This document shows positions 33,833-44,012 of a DNA stretch of 64,000 nt, one piece after another. Positions within the stretch are counted from its first letter, which is position 1. Each line of letters begins with the position of its first letter. The notes below the pieces were generated by a model. It saw nothing but the letters and a program-made list of their open reading frames with translations. It was not told the origin of the DNA and did no database searches. This DNA is from an uncultured Gemmatimonadales bacterium (GTDB lineage Bacteria > Gemmatimonadota > Gemmatimonadetes > Gemmatimonadales > GWC2-71-9), in the NCBI GenBank assembly GCA_963846545.1, contig CAWJWG010000001.1, forward strand, positions 2,630,515 through 2,694,514, in the 5' to 3' direction. Position numbers and translations under genes: made by a program.

Positions 33833-35268
33833 CCCCCCACCTCCGTCCCGCTAGGCCGGCTCGTCTCCGCTACGAGTTCCGGCTCGACGTTCAAGCCGTT
33901 CCCGATCCGACGCAGGTCCGGCATGATTCCGATGTTCCCGTCCTGCGCGCTCTGCTTCCTGCCGTTCTGGGTCAGGACCGCCCTCATCCCGGCTGCGTCC
34001 AGGCGAGCGTTGTTCGCCAGCACATGCATGTGCTGGGCGAGGATCGCCGCGCCGGCTATCACAGCCGAGGCACCGCTGGTGTCGTGGAAGGCGGCGGTGT
34101 AGGCGCGATTGGCGTTCCCCCCGCCCTGGTCGAGATCGCCCCCACCCGCAGTCACCAGACAGATCCCGGGCGCAAAGCAATCCACCCGGTCCCCATAGTT
34201 GGAACTCCCCAGGCGCTCGTGGGACTTGGCGTTCATGTTCGCGGGCGGGGCCTCGCCGACGGAGGCACCGACCATGATCGCACCCGAGTCGGGGCGGGAC
34301 TTGGGGAAGTTCGGGTCGAGGTTCCGTCCCGCGTTTCCAGCTGCTTCGATGACGATGACTCCCTTGCTGGACGCGGTCTGGATCGCGGTCATTTCCGCGC
34401 CGCCCGCGAGGAGCTCGATCGGGCCATGGCTCGAGGATTGGGTTTCGAGCAGTAGGACGTCGCCGACTGCGAGGTGATGCGCGGCCGTCGCGACGGCATC
34501 GGCCACGTTCGCCGCCGACGTGCCGTCCCAGTGAGACGCGAGGCGCACCGAGGTGACCCCAGGCGCGATACCGACGACACCCTTCGAATTGTCTCTCCCG
34601 ACGACGAGGCCGAGCACACCCGTACCGTGATCGGCATTGGTGGGATCGTTCTGGTGGCACAGGAGCCGAGTACGCAGCTTCGCCTTGAGATCCTGATGCG
34701 ACAGATTCCAGCCCATCTCGACATCCGCGAACCCGATACCGCTGCCGTCCGCGTTCACAGTCCAGGCGAACTTGGCGTCGATCCCGGTCGGCGCCGGATC
34801 GAGGTGGAACTGTTGTTTGGCGTACTTGTCGTTTTGCCAGTTGACCGGCGGAGGCCCAACAGCCTCCTCGAGATGTACCGACTCGAACACGTCGGTCATC
34901 GAGCCCAGAAGCCCGGCGAGCGAAGCCGCACTGGCTCCTGAGATCGCAGGGCCCGGCTCGATGATCCAATAGGCCAACAGGCTGTTCGCCGGACGGTAGG
35001 GGCCGTCCCGAGCCGCGCTTTCCAAGGCGTTGATCTCCGCGGTGCTCAGGCTTCGGAAAGCTCGCATCGTGCGAGCTCCGTACCGTTGAAGCACCTGACG
35101 TAACTGGACGCTTCCCGGGCCGTCGAAGGCATTGAGATCCTTGAACTCGGGCGCACCAGCCGCCGGCGGCTGATGGTTGATCCAGTCCACGACTTTCTGA
35201 TTGAGCACGACCACCAGGCGGCCGGTATGCTGTGCGAGGTGGGTCACGTGCGTGGCGGGTCCTGACAT
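33829..35268 (-). CDS. S8 family serine peptidase without signal peptide
   Basis: Triad FADVEMG / DHGTGVLG / DTSGAS; oxyanion AAGN; ATGA overlap with kinase. Confidence 0.9.
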   Translation of the reverse strand: MSGPATHVTHLAQHTGRLVVVLNQKVVDWINHQPPAAGAPEFKDLNAFDGPGSVQLRQVLQRYGARTMRAFRSLSTAEINALESAARDGPYRPANSLLAYWIIEPGPAISGASAASLAGLLGSMTDVFESVHLEEAVGPPPVNWQNDKYAKQQFHLDPAPTGIDAKFAWTVNADGSGIGFADVEMGWNLSHQDLKAKLRTRLLCHQNDPTNADHGTGVLGLVVGRDNSKGVVGIAPGVTSVRLASHWDGTSAANVADAVATAAHHLAVGDVLLLETQSSSHGPIELLAGGAEMTAIQTASSKGVIVIEAAGNAGRNLDPNFPKSRPDSGAIMVGASVGEAPPANMNAKSHERLGSSNYGDRVDCFAPGICLVTAGGGDLDQGGGNANRAYTAAFHDTSGASAVIAGAAILAQHMHVLANNARLDAAGMRAVLTQNGRKQSAQDGNIGIMPDLRRIGNGLNVEPELVAETSRPSGTEVGG

Positions 35269-35603
35269 GGTTGCCTCCCCTCAATACGGTAGATCACGAG
35301 CGGGAAGGTGCGCCGGCTATGCGCGAGCTCCTTCCGCCGTCGACTCGTGCGGCTGGACTGGCTGGAAGCGCCAGAGGCCGGACCACGGCATCGACACCGT
35401 TGTCCGGCACCAGCTATTGACAAGCTTTGGATGCCTCCGTGAAGAAACCGTGAAACCCGCGGTGGCATGAGTTGGAGAGGTGTTCTTACTATACGGCGCA
35501 ATACCACACCCGGCCAGAGCATCGCGGTGAGCGCGATGACACAACATCGTCCCATTGCCCCGACCAGGAGGCGAAGCGTCCGGCGCAGTCGTACGTTTCG
35601 ATC

Positions 35604-36451
35604 GTGAGCGACGATTTCTTTCTGCGGGCTGCAGGCTCATCTCGGCCAGCCGCTACCGTCTTCACGGCGAGGTCGCTCGCGGAGGCATGGCTAGGGTCTA
35701 CCGGGCCGACGACCTGGTCCACGGCGGGGAGGTCGCCATCAAGGTGCTACGTCCGGAGCTCGCAGCCGCCCTGGGGCACGACCGGTTCCTCCGCGAGATC
35801 CGGATCCTGGCTCGGCTGAACCACCCAAACATCCTGCCCCTGCTCGACTCCCGCGACACCGGCGGGAGCCTCTATTATGTCACCCCGTTCATCGCCGGCT
35901 CGTCACTCCAGCGCCGCCTGGAGCAGGACGGACCGCTGCCGCTGGAGCACCTCGCCAGCATCGCCCGCGACATCGCGGCGGCGCTGGACCACGCCCACAA
36001 GAGCGACGTGATTCACCGCGACGTCAAGCCGGGAAACGTCCTGCTCGACGACGATCGCGCGCTGGTGTGCGACTTCGGCATCGCCCGGGCGGTAGAGCTG
36101 GCGGGAGGAGAGCTTCGCGCCGCGAGCAGTGGCTTCGCCCTCGGGACCCCGGCCTACATGAGCCCCGAGCAAACGATGGGAGGAACCATCGACTCCCGGT
36201 GCGACGTATACGGGCTCGGGTGTGTGCTGTACGAGATGCTGACCGGCGAGCCACCGTTCACCGGCCCGACGGCGCAGGCGGTGCTCGCCCGGTCGCTGGC
36301 GGGGGAGTTTCGGCCGCTTGAAACCGTGCGCTCGGATGCACCCGCAGCGGCCGAGTCCGCGATCCGGTCGGCGCTCGCGAGCGACCCGGACCGGCGGCCG
36401 CGGACAGCCGGCGAGCTGGTGGAGCGGTTCTCAGCCGGCGGCCGGTCCTAG
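35604..36451 (+). CDS. Stand-alone Ser/Thr kinase catalytic domain; two +1 insertions near 35627 and 35646
   Basis: [29 protein letters not shown]; corrected N-terminus MSDDFFLRLQAHL(G/A)SRYRL matches paralogs. Confidence 0.8.
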
Positions 36452-36460
36452 CCTCGTTCG

Positions 36461-37943
36461 CTACAGGATGTAGCGCCGCAAGTCGTCGTCGTTCACGATC
36501 TTGGCGAGACGATCCCGTGACGCCGGCCGCATCGAACCGGATCTGCTTCTCGGGGTGCTCCGGCAGCTCGAAGAGGACGTCCTCCAGCAGCGTCGCCATC
36601 ACCGTGTGCAGCCGGCGCGCGCCGATGTTCTCCATCCGGTCGTTGGCCATGAACGCCACCCGGGCGACCTCGGCGATCCCGTCGGCCGTGAACTCGAGCG
36701 TGGCGCCCTCCGCCGCGACCAGCGCCGGGTACTGCCTGGTCAGCGCGTTCTCCGGCTCGGTCATGATCCGGACGAAGTCCTGCTCGGTGAGCGGCTTCAG
36801 CTCGACCCGGATCGGAAAGCGGCCCTGCAGCTCGGGAATCAGGTCGGACGGCTTGGAGACGTTGAAGGCGCCGGCCGCGATGAAGAGGATGTGGTCGGTC
36901 CGCACGTAGCCGTAGCGGGTCTGGACGGTGGATCCCTCGACGATCGGCAGCAGGTCGCGCTGCACGCCCTCGCGGGAGACGTCGGGGCCGCCGGTGCTGC
37001 CCCGCTCGCCCGCGATCTTGTCGATCTCGTCGAGGAAGATGATGCCGAGGTTCTCGACCCGGTCGAGCGCCTCGTTCACGACGTCGTCCATGTCGACCAG
37101 CTTCTCGAGCTCCTCGTCCACCAGGATGCGCCGCGCCTCGGGCACCTTCACCGTGCGCCGCTTCTTCCGGCGCGGCAGCATGTCCTGCAGCATCTCGGTG
37201 AAGTTGATGTCGATGCCCTCCATCCCCTGGGGCGGCTGGATCAGCTCCATCATCGGAAAGCTCTGCGGCGTCACCTCGATCTCCACCTCGCGGTCGTCGA
37301 GCGCGCCGTCGAGCAGCATCTGCCGCAGCTTCTCGCGCGTGCGGGTGCGGCGCTCGTCCTCCACCGCCGTGCTCGTCTCCGCCCGCGCCTGGCCGCCGCT
37401 CCCCACGACGAACACCGCGGAGCCCTCGCCGGCGTTCCCGTCGGCCCGCTTCGCGGCAACGGGCTGGGGCGGCGGGGGGAGCAGCAGGTCCAGCAGCCGC
37501 TCGTCGGCCCGCTGCTCGGCCTGGGGAAACACCTCGTCCTCGCGCTCGGTCCGCACCATGTCGATCGCGGCGTCCACCAGGTCGCGCACCATGGACTCGA
37601 CGTCGCGGCCCACGTAGCCGACCTCGGTGAACTTCGAGGCCTCCACCTTGATGAACGGCGCCCCGGCCAGGTGCGCGAGCCGGCGCGCGATCTCGGTTTT
37701 CCCGACGCCGGTGGGACCGATCAGGATGATGTTGTTCGGCGAGATCTCGTCGCGGATGTCGTCGGGGGCCTGGGCGCGGCGCCACCGGTTCCGCAGCGCG
37801 ATCGCCACGGCCTTCTTGGCCGCGTCCTGCCCGACGATGTAGCGGTCCAGCTCGGAGACGATCTGCCGCGGCGGCATCTCTTCCAGCCAGGGCGCGGGCG
37901 GCGGAGCGGTCTCGGCTTCGGGGGTCAGCGTGGTCTCGGTCAT
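36461..37943 (-). CDS. hslU: ATP-dependent protease ATPase subunit; +1 frameshift near 36515
   Basis: [14 protein letters not shown]-like [24 protein letters not shown]; corrected end [12 protein letters not shown]. Confidence 0.95.
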
Positions 37944-38506
37944 ACGCGGGTCGAAGGGCCTTTTCCGCTGTCCGGCAGCTCGAGAATCGAGATGTTGCGG
38001 TTGGTGAAGACGCAGATGTCGGCGGCGATCTCGAGGGCGCGCTGCACGATGTCACGCGCGCCTCGGTCGGACACCGGCAGCAGCGCGCGGGCGGCGGCGA
38101 GCGCGTAGTTGCCGCCCGAGCCGATCGCGATGACGCCGTCGTCCGGCTCGATCAGCTCGCCCGAGCCGCTCAACAGGAAGCTGTGGTCGAGGTCCGCCAC
38201 CACCAGCAGCGCCTCGAGGCGGCGGAGAATGCGGTCACTCCGCCAGTCCTTGGCCAGCTCGACCGCGGCGCGGGGAAGGTTCCCCGGATAGCGGTCGAGC
38301 TTCTCCTCGAACTTCTCGTAGAGCGTGAGCGCGTCGGCCACCGAGCCGGCGAATCCCGCCAGCACCTTGCCGCCCTTGAGCGCGCGGACCTTGGTCGAGT
38401 TCGACTTGACGACCGTGTCGCCGATGCTCACCTGCCCGTCGCCGCCGAGCGCGACGCGGCCATCCTTGCGGACAGCGAGGATAGTCGTGCCGTGGAATAG
38501 GGTCAC
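37940..38506 (-). CDS. hslV: ATP-dependent protease peptidase subunit
   Basis: [28 protein letters not shown]. Confidence 0.96.
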   Translation of the reverse strand: MTLFHGTTILAVRKDGRVALGGDGQVSIGDTVVKSNSTKVRALKGGKVLAGFAGSVADALTLYEKFEEKLDRYPGNLPRAAVELAKDWRSDRILRRLEALLVVADLDHSFLLSGSGELIEPDDGVIAIGSGGNYALAAARALLPVSDRGARDIVQRALEIAADICVFTNRNISILELPDSGKGPSTRV

Positions 38507-38543
38507 CGGGCTCCCGTCGAGTGTCTGATCATGTCGTGGCTTC

Positions 38544-38570
38544 GGCTCCTTCGCTTCGCTCAGGATGACA
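38544..38570. repeat. REP-like element, single arm
   Basis: GGCTCCTTCGCTTCGCTCAGGATGACA; 26/27 identical to 39554-39580. Confidence 0.75.
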
Positions 38571-38593
38571 TCCCTGTCTCGGCAAGCGCCGCC

Positions 38594-39499
38594 TCATGCC
38601 CGCGGATGGGCCTGCTGATACACCTTTTTCAGCCGCTCGACACTGGTGTGAGTGTACACCTGCGTCGTGCTGAGCGAGGCGTGGCCCAGCAGCTCCTGCA
38701 CCGCCCGAAGGTCGGCGCCGGCATCGAGCATGTGGGTGGCGAACGTGTGCCGCAGCGAATGCACCCGGAGCCCGTCGCCACCGATCGCGTCGAACAGGGT
38801 GTGGATCAGCCGCTGGACCGCGCGGGGCCCGAGCCGCCGGGCCCGCCGGGTGAGGAATACCGCCCGCCTGTCGCCGCCGATCCGGGAGACCAGATCCTCC
38901 CGGAGGTGAAGATAGCGCCGCATCGCGGCCACGGCCCGGGAGCCGACCGGCACGATGCGCTCCTTCCGCCCCTTGCCGCGGACCTTCGCCTGATCGGAAA
39001 GCAGGTCGAGGTCCTCCAGGTTCATCCCGCTCAGCTCGGAGAGCCGGATGCCCGTGGAGTAGAACAGCTCGAGAATCGCGAGGTCGCGCGTGGGCCCGAA
39101 CTCGTCTCCCGCGGCCCGCCCCTCCGCGAACTCGAACAGCCGATCGGTATGGGCGCGGTCGAGGTAGGTCGGGAGCCGCTTGTCGACCTTGGGGACCTTG
39201 GCCGCACCGGCAGCCGGGTTGGGAACCCCGTGGTGCACCTTGAGATAGCGATAGAAGCTCCGCACCGCCGACAGCGATCGGGCCGCGGTGCGCTTGGACA
39301 GACCCCGCCGCTGCAGCTCACCCAGGAACCCGCGCATGCCGAGCCGGTCCACCGACGCCCACTGCCAGCTGCCACCGTAGTGACGGTCGCAGAACTCAGT
39401 GAACGCCTGCAGGTCGCGGCCGTAGGCCTTCACGGTATGCGGCGACTGGTCCCGCTCCTTCTCCAGGTGGGTGAGAAACTCGTTGACGTGAGGATGCAC
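38594..39499 (-). CDS. xerC: Tyrosine recombinase XerC
   Basis: TGIRLSEL, GKGRKER, HSLRHTFATH, LGHASLSTTQVYT; topA-trmFO-xerC-hslVU synteny; start uncertain (39499, 39553 or 39598). Confidence 0.92.
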   Translation of the reverse strand: MHPHVNEFLTHLEKERDQSPHTVKAYGRDLQAFTEFCDRHYGGSWQWASVDRLGMRGFLGELQRRGLSKRTAARSLSAVRSFYRYLKVHHGVPNPAAGAAKVPKVDKRLPTYLDRAHTDRLFEFAEGRAAGDEFGPTRDLAILELFYSTGIRLSELSGMNLEDLDLLSDQAKVRGKGRKERIVPVGSRAVAAMRRYLHLREDLVSRIGGDRRAVFLTRRARRLGPRAVQRLIHTLFDAIGGDGLRVHSLRHTFATHMLDAGADLRAVQELLGHASLSTTQVYTHTSVERLKKVYQQAHPRA

Positions 39500-39513
39500 G
39501 TGGACCGGCTGGC

Positions 39514-39580
39514 TGTCACCCTGGGCGGATCGAAGGGGCATCTGTCGGCTCATGGCTCCTTCGCTGCGCTCAGGATGACA
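39514..39580. repeat. REP-like imperfect palindrome
   Basis: TGTCACCCTGGGCGGATCGAAGGGGC...GCTCCTTCGCTGCGCTCAGGATGACA. Confidence 0.75.
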
Positions 39581-40895
39581 AGGAGGCAGAGACTTCATCC
39601 GCCGTCAGCCACTCGTGGAAGTCGGCCTGCGCCCGCTCGACCAGCAGCGCCTTCTTCCGATCCTTCGCGAGCCTGCCCGTGTGCTCGAGCGGCGCGACCA
39701 GGCCGAAGTTCGCGTTCATCGGCTGGAAGTGCCGCGGGTCGGCCTCGGCGAGGTAGCGATAGAGGGCGCCCAGCATCGTCGTGGCCGGCGGCACCGTGGC
39801 CGGCAGCCCGATGAGCCGCCGGGCGAGGTTGATCCCCGCCAGCAGACCGGTCCCCAGCGACTCGGTGTAGCCCTCCACCCCCGTGAGCTGTCCGGCGAAG
39901 AAGAGCCGGTCGTCGTCCCGCGCGGCCAGCGCGGGACCCAGCGTGGCCGGGCTGTTGAGATAGGCGTTCCGGTGGATGCTGCCGTAGCGGAGGAACTCGG
40001 CTTCGCCCAATCCCGGGAGCATCCGGAAGACACGCTGCTGTTCCGGAATCCGGAGCCGGGTCTGGAACCCCACCATGTTCCACATCTGTCCCGCGCGGTC
40101 CTCGCGCCGGAGCTGGACCACCGCGTAGGGCTCGCGACCGGTGCGCGGATCCGGGAGACCCACCGGCTTCATCGGCCCGAAACGCAGCGTCTCACGGCCG
40201 CGGCGCGCCATCTCCTCGACCGGGAGGCACCCCTCGAAGTACGGCACCTGATCGAAGTCGTGACCCTGGTGCTGGTCGGCCGCGAGCAGCGCGTCGAGGA
40301 AGGCCTCGTAGCCCTCCCGATCGAGCGGGAGGTTGAGGTAGTCGTCGCCGCCGCCCTTCCCGTAGCGCGACAGGGCGTAGAGCCGCTCACGGTCGAGCGA
40401 ATCGTCGCTCAGGACCGGGGCGATCGCGTCGTAGAAGGCGAGCGCCTCGATCCCCAGTCTCTGGGCGATGGCACCCGCGAGGCGCTCGGACGTGAGCGGG
40501 CCGGTGGCCACCACGCCGGGAGACGGAAGCTCCGATGCCTCCTCGCGCACGATCGTGATACCCGGGTGCGCCGTGAGCCGCTCGTCCACCAGGCGCGAGA
40601 AGATCTCGCGATCCACGGCGAGCGCCGTCCCGCCGGGCACGCGGGCCTCGTCGGCGCAGGGCAGCAGCAGGCTGCCGAGCGCGCGGAGCTCGGCCTTCAG
40701 CAGGCCGTGTGCGTTGGTGAGATCGACCGACTTGAAGGAATTGCTGCAGACCAGCTCGGCGAGGCGGTCGGTGCGGTGGGCCGGGGTCGGCACCACCGGC
40801 CTCATCTCCAGAAGCGTGACGCGCACACCCCGCTCGGCAAGCGCCCAGGCCGCCTCCGACCCGGCGAGCCCGCCGCCGACGACGGTGGCGATCAC
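39570..40895 (-). CDS. trmFO: tRNA m5U54 methyltransferase (folate/FAD-dependent)
   Basis: GGGLAGSEAA, ELVCSNS, YFEGCLP, FGPMKPVGL, GVEGYTES, QPMNANFG. Confidence 0.96.
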   Translation of the reverse strand: MIATVVGGGLAGSEAAWALAERGVRVTLLEMRPVVPTPAHRTDRLAELVCSNSFKSVDLTNAHGLLKAELRALGSLLLPCADEARVPGGTALAVDREIFSRLVDERLTAHPGITIVREEASELPSPGVVATGPLTSERLAGAIAQRLGIEALAFYDAIAPVLSDDSLDRERLYALSRYGKGGGDDYLNLPLDREGYEAFLDALLAADQHQGHDFDQVPYFEGCLPVEEMARRGRETLRFGPMKPVGLPDPRTGREPYAVVQLRREDRAGQMWNMVGFQTRLRIPEQQRVFRMLPGLGEAEFLRYGSIHRNAYLNSPATLGPALAARDDDRLFFAGQLTGVEGYTESLGTGLLAGINLARRLIGLPATVPPATTMLGALYRYLAEADPRHFQPMNANFGLVAPLEHTGRLAKDRKKALLVERAQADFHEWLTADEVSASLSS

Positions 40896-43358
40896 GCCAG
40901 CGCCACCTCCTCGGGCTCGGCGAGGATGATCTTGTGCTTGCACTTGAGGCACGTGCGGGTCTCCCCCTCCGCCTTGCTCACCTTCTTCTCCATGCCGACC
41001 CAGCCGCACTCCGGGCAGGTCTCGATGACCGGGCGATTCCAGGTGGAGAAGTCGCAAGCCGGGTACCGCACGCAGCCCCAGAACGACTTGCCGCGCTTGG
41101 TGCGCCGCTCGGCCAGATCGCCCTCGATGCACTTGGGACACTTCACGCCGATCGGAATCGCGCGGGTGCCCTTGCATGCGGGGTAGGTGGTGCACGCCAG
41201 GAACTCGCCGAAGCGGCCGGTCTTGATGACCATGGGCGAGCCGCAGAGGTGGCACTTCTCGTCGGTCGGCCGGTCGGGCGCGCGCGCCTTGCGCAGCGAC
41301 TTCACGTAGTCGCAGGTGTCCTTGTACTTCACGCAGGCGAGATAGGGACCGAACCGCCCCGTCTTGAGCTCGATCGCGGAGCCGCACTTGGGGCAGCGCT
41401 CCTTGGCGAGATCCTCGGGGTTGAGTCCGTGCGCGTCCGCCACCAATGCCGTCATGTCCACCGCGTCGAGCGCCTTCACGAACGGCCCGTAGAACTCCTC
41501 GAGCACGGACTGCCAGCCGAGCTCCCCGTCCTCGATCCGGTCGAGCTCGTTCTCCATGCCGGAGGTGAACTCGACGTTGAAGATCTCGGGGAACTTGGCC
41601 ACCATGATCTTCTCCACCAGCTCGCCGAGCTCGGTGGGGAAGAACCGGCGCTGGTCCACCTTGACGTACTCGCGTGCCGAGAGCGTCGAGATGATCGCGC
41701 TGTAGGTGGAGGGGCGCCCGATGCCGAGGCGCTCCAGCTCCTTCACCAGACTGGCCTCGGAGAACCGCGGCGGCGGCTCGGTGAAGTGCTGCGAAGGCGT
41801 GATCTCCTTCACGTCCACGCGGTCGCCCTGGGCGAGCGGGGGGATGGGCGGCAGGTCTTCGACCTGGCGTCCCTCCTCCTTCTCGCGGCCCTCGGTGTAG
41901 AGCACGTGGAAGCCGTCGAAGATCATGACCGATCCGGTGGCCCGGAACAGGTACCGGCCGAGGTCGAACTCCACCACCGTCATGTCGTACTGCGCCGGCG
42001 TCATCTGCGACGCCATGAAGCGCTGCCAGATGAGCTGGTAGAGCCGGAACTGATCGGGCGACAGGTAGCGCTGGACCTGATCCGGATGGCGGCGGACGTC
42101 GGTCGGACGGATGGCCTCGTGCGCGCCCTGCACCCGGGCGTTCTTCCGATCGCTGTACGCGTTCGCCTGCTCGGGCAGGTAGGGCTTGCCGTAGCGCTCG
42201 GCGATCAGCTCGCGCGCCGATGCGATGGCCGTCTCCGCCACGCGGACGGAGTCGGTTCGCATGTAGGTCACGAGCCCGACCGCGCCCTCCTCGCCCACAT
42301 CGATGCCTTCGTACAGATCCTGCGCCGCGCGCATGGTGCGCCGGGAGGAGAAGCCGAGCTTCTTGGCCGCCTCCTGCTGCAGGGTGCTGGTGGTGAAGGG
42401 AGCGGCCGGGCGCTTGTTGCGGCGGCGCTGCTCCACCTTGGAGACGACGAACGGCTGGTTGCGGACCGCGTCCACCACCTCGCGCGCTTCGGCCTCGTTG
42501 CCGAGCTGCGGCTTGTGGCCGTCCACCTTCACCAGCGAGGCCTCGAAGGTCTGCCCCTTGCCCTCGCAGAGCGCCTCGATGGTCCAGTATTCCTGCGGCA
42601 CGAACGCGCGTATGTCGCGCTCCCGCTCCACCAGGAGCCGGAGGGCCACAGTCTGCACCCGGCCGGCCGAGAGTCCGGTCTTGATGGTGCGCCAGAGGAT
42701 CGGGCTGGCCTTGTATCCCACCAGCCGATCGAGGATCCGGCGCGCCTGCTGGGCGTCCACCTTCCGCTCGTCGATCTTCTTCGGCGCGTCCATGGCCGCG
42801 AGCACCGCGTCCTTGGTGATCTCCTCGAAGAGCACCCGGTGGACCGGGACCTGGGAGTTGATCTGGTCGGCCACGTGCCAGGCGATCGCCTCGCCCTCCC
42901 GGTCAGGGTCGGTGGCGAGGTAGATCGTGGACGCGGTCTTGGCTGCCTTCTTCAGCTCCGAGAGGGTCTTCGTCTTTCCTTTAATGGTGACGTATTTGGG
43001 CTCGAATCCGCGCTCGACGTCGACCCCCAGCTCGCGGGTGGGCAGATCGCGCAGGTGCCCCACGGTGGCTTTCACGTCGTAGCCGCGACCCCAGGTACTT
43101 CCCGATCGTCTTGGCCTTGGTGGGCGACTCGACGATGACGAGCGCACCCCGGCCTCGGGCCGGGGCGGCAGCCTTGCCCCGGGCTCGCGTCGGCTTGGGG
43201 CTTGGCGCCTTGCCGTCCACGGCCGTCGCCGCGGCCTTGGGGGCGGCCTTGGGGCCGCCGGCCTTGGCCGTCTTTCCCCGGCTCGGGGCCGCGCTCGTGG
43301 CTGCTTCCGCCGCTTCCGGCTTGGCCTTTTTCACGACTCGTTTCGGGGGTGTCGCCAT
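40892..43358 (-). CDS. topA: DNA topoisomerase I with N-terminal Lys/Ala-rich extension; +1 frameshift near 43090
   Basis: IVESPTKAKTI, DPDREGE, SAGRVQ, TYMRTD, GIGRPSTY, zinc ribbons. Confidence 0.95.
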
Positions 43359-43364
43359 ATCAGG

Positions 43365-43395
43365 AGTGTACTCTCCGGTCTCACCGTGAGGTCAA
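43365..43395 (-). promoter_or_regulatory. Candidate leaderless topA promoter
   Basis: TTGACC-19 bp-TACACT, 6 nt before ATG. Confidence 0.5.
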
Positions 43396-43493
43396 TTTCA
43401 GGACCAGCAAGAAAGGGGTGGTGATCGGCGGGCGCAAGACAGTCGCTCGTAAGTCTAACTGGAGGAGGCACTTGCAAATTTGGGCCGGATCGA

Positions 43494-44012
43494 TCACCAT
43501 CCGCCGTGCTTTCGGGCCAGCTCCACCACCCCGGCCACGACCTGGTCCAGGCCGCGCTCCGACGCCATCTCAAAATCAGCGAGCTTGTAAAACGGTTCCC
43601 GGAGCTCCAGCAGCTGCCGCATCATTTCCACCGGATCGGCGCCCTGCAGCAGGGGCCGAACCTCCCCGTCTTCCGACCGCTTGGCGGCCGTGCTGGGCAG
43701 GCAGCGCAGATAGATAAGGAGGGCGAACTCGCGCGCGGCGTGCATCTGGCCCGGCTGCGCCGCCCACCCCCCGCCGGGCACGATCACCGCGGGCTCCTTC
43801 GCTTCGACCGCCGCCAGGACCGCCTTCTGCTCCATCTCCCGGAACCGCTGCTCGCCGACCATCCCGAAGATCTGGGCGACCGGCATCCCCATCTCCCTGA
43901 CCAGCAGGGAGTCGATGTCGAAGAGCGGCGCCCCCAGCTCCTCGGCCACCTGGCGGCCGACGGTGCTCTTCCCCACTCCCGGCGGGCCGACGAGGAGAAT
44001 ATGGCGGCGCAT
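43494..44012 (-). CDS. aroK: Shikimate kinase
   Basis: GPPGVGKS, GEQRFRE, GGG, RPLL, REPFY. Confidence 0.92.
   Translation of the reverse strand: MRRHILLVGPPGVGKSTVGRQVAEELGAPLFDIDSLLVREMGMPVAQIFGMVGEQRFREMEQKAVLAAVEAKEPAVIVPGGGWAAQPGQMHAAREFALLIYLRCLPSTAAKRSEDGEVRPLLQGADPVEMMRQLLELREPFYKLADFEMASERGLDQVVAGVVELARKHGGW

Noticed and set aside
38594-39499. Tyrosine recombinase as a mobile-element integrase
   Set aside because: Sits in the housekeeping topA-trmFO-xerC-hslVU order
43085-43095. Programmed frameshifting in topA, hslU or the histidine kinase
   Set aside because: No slippery sequence; all are +1 G/C insertions in conserved genes, consistent with sequencing error
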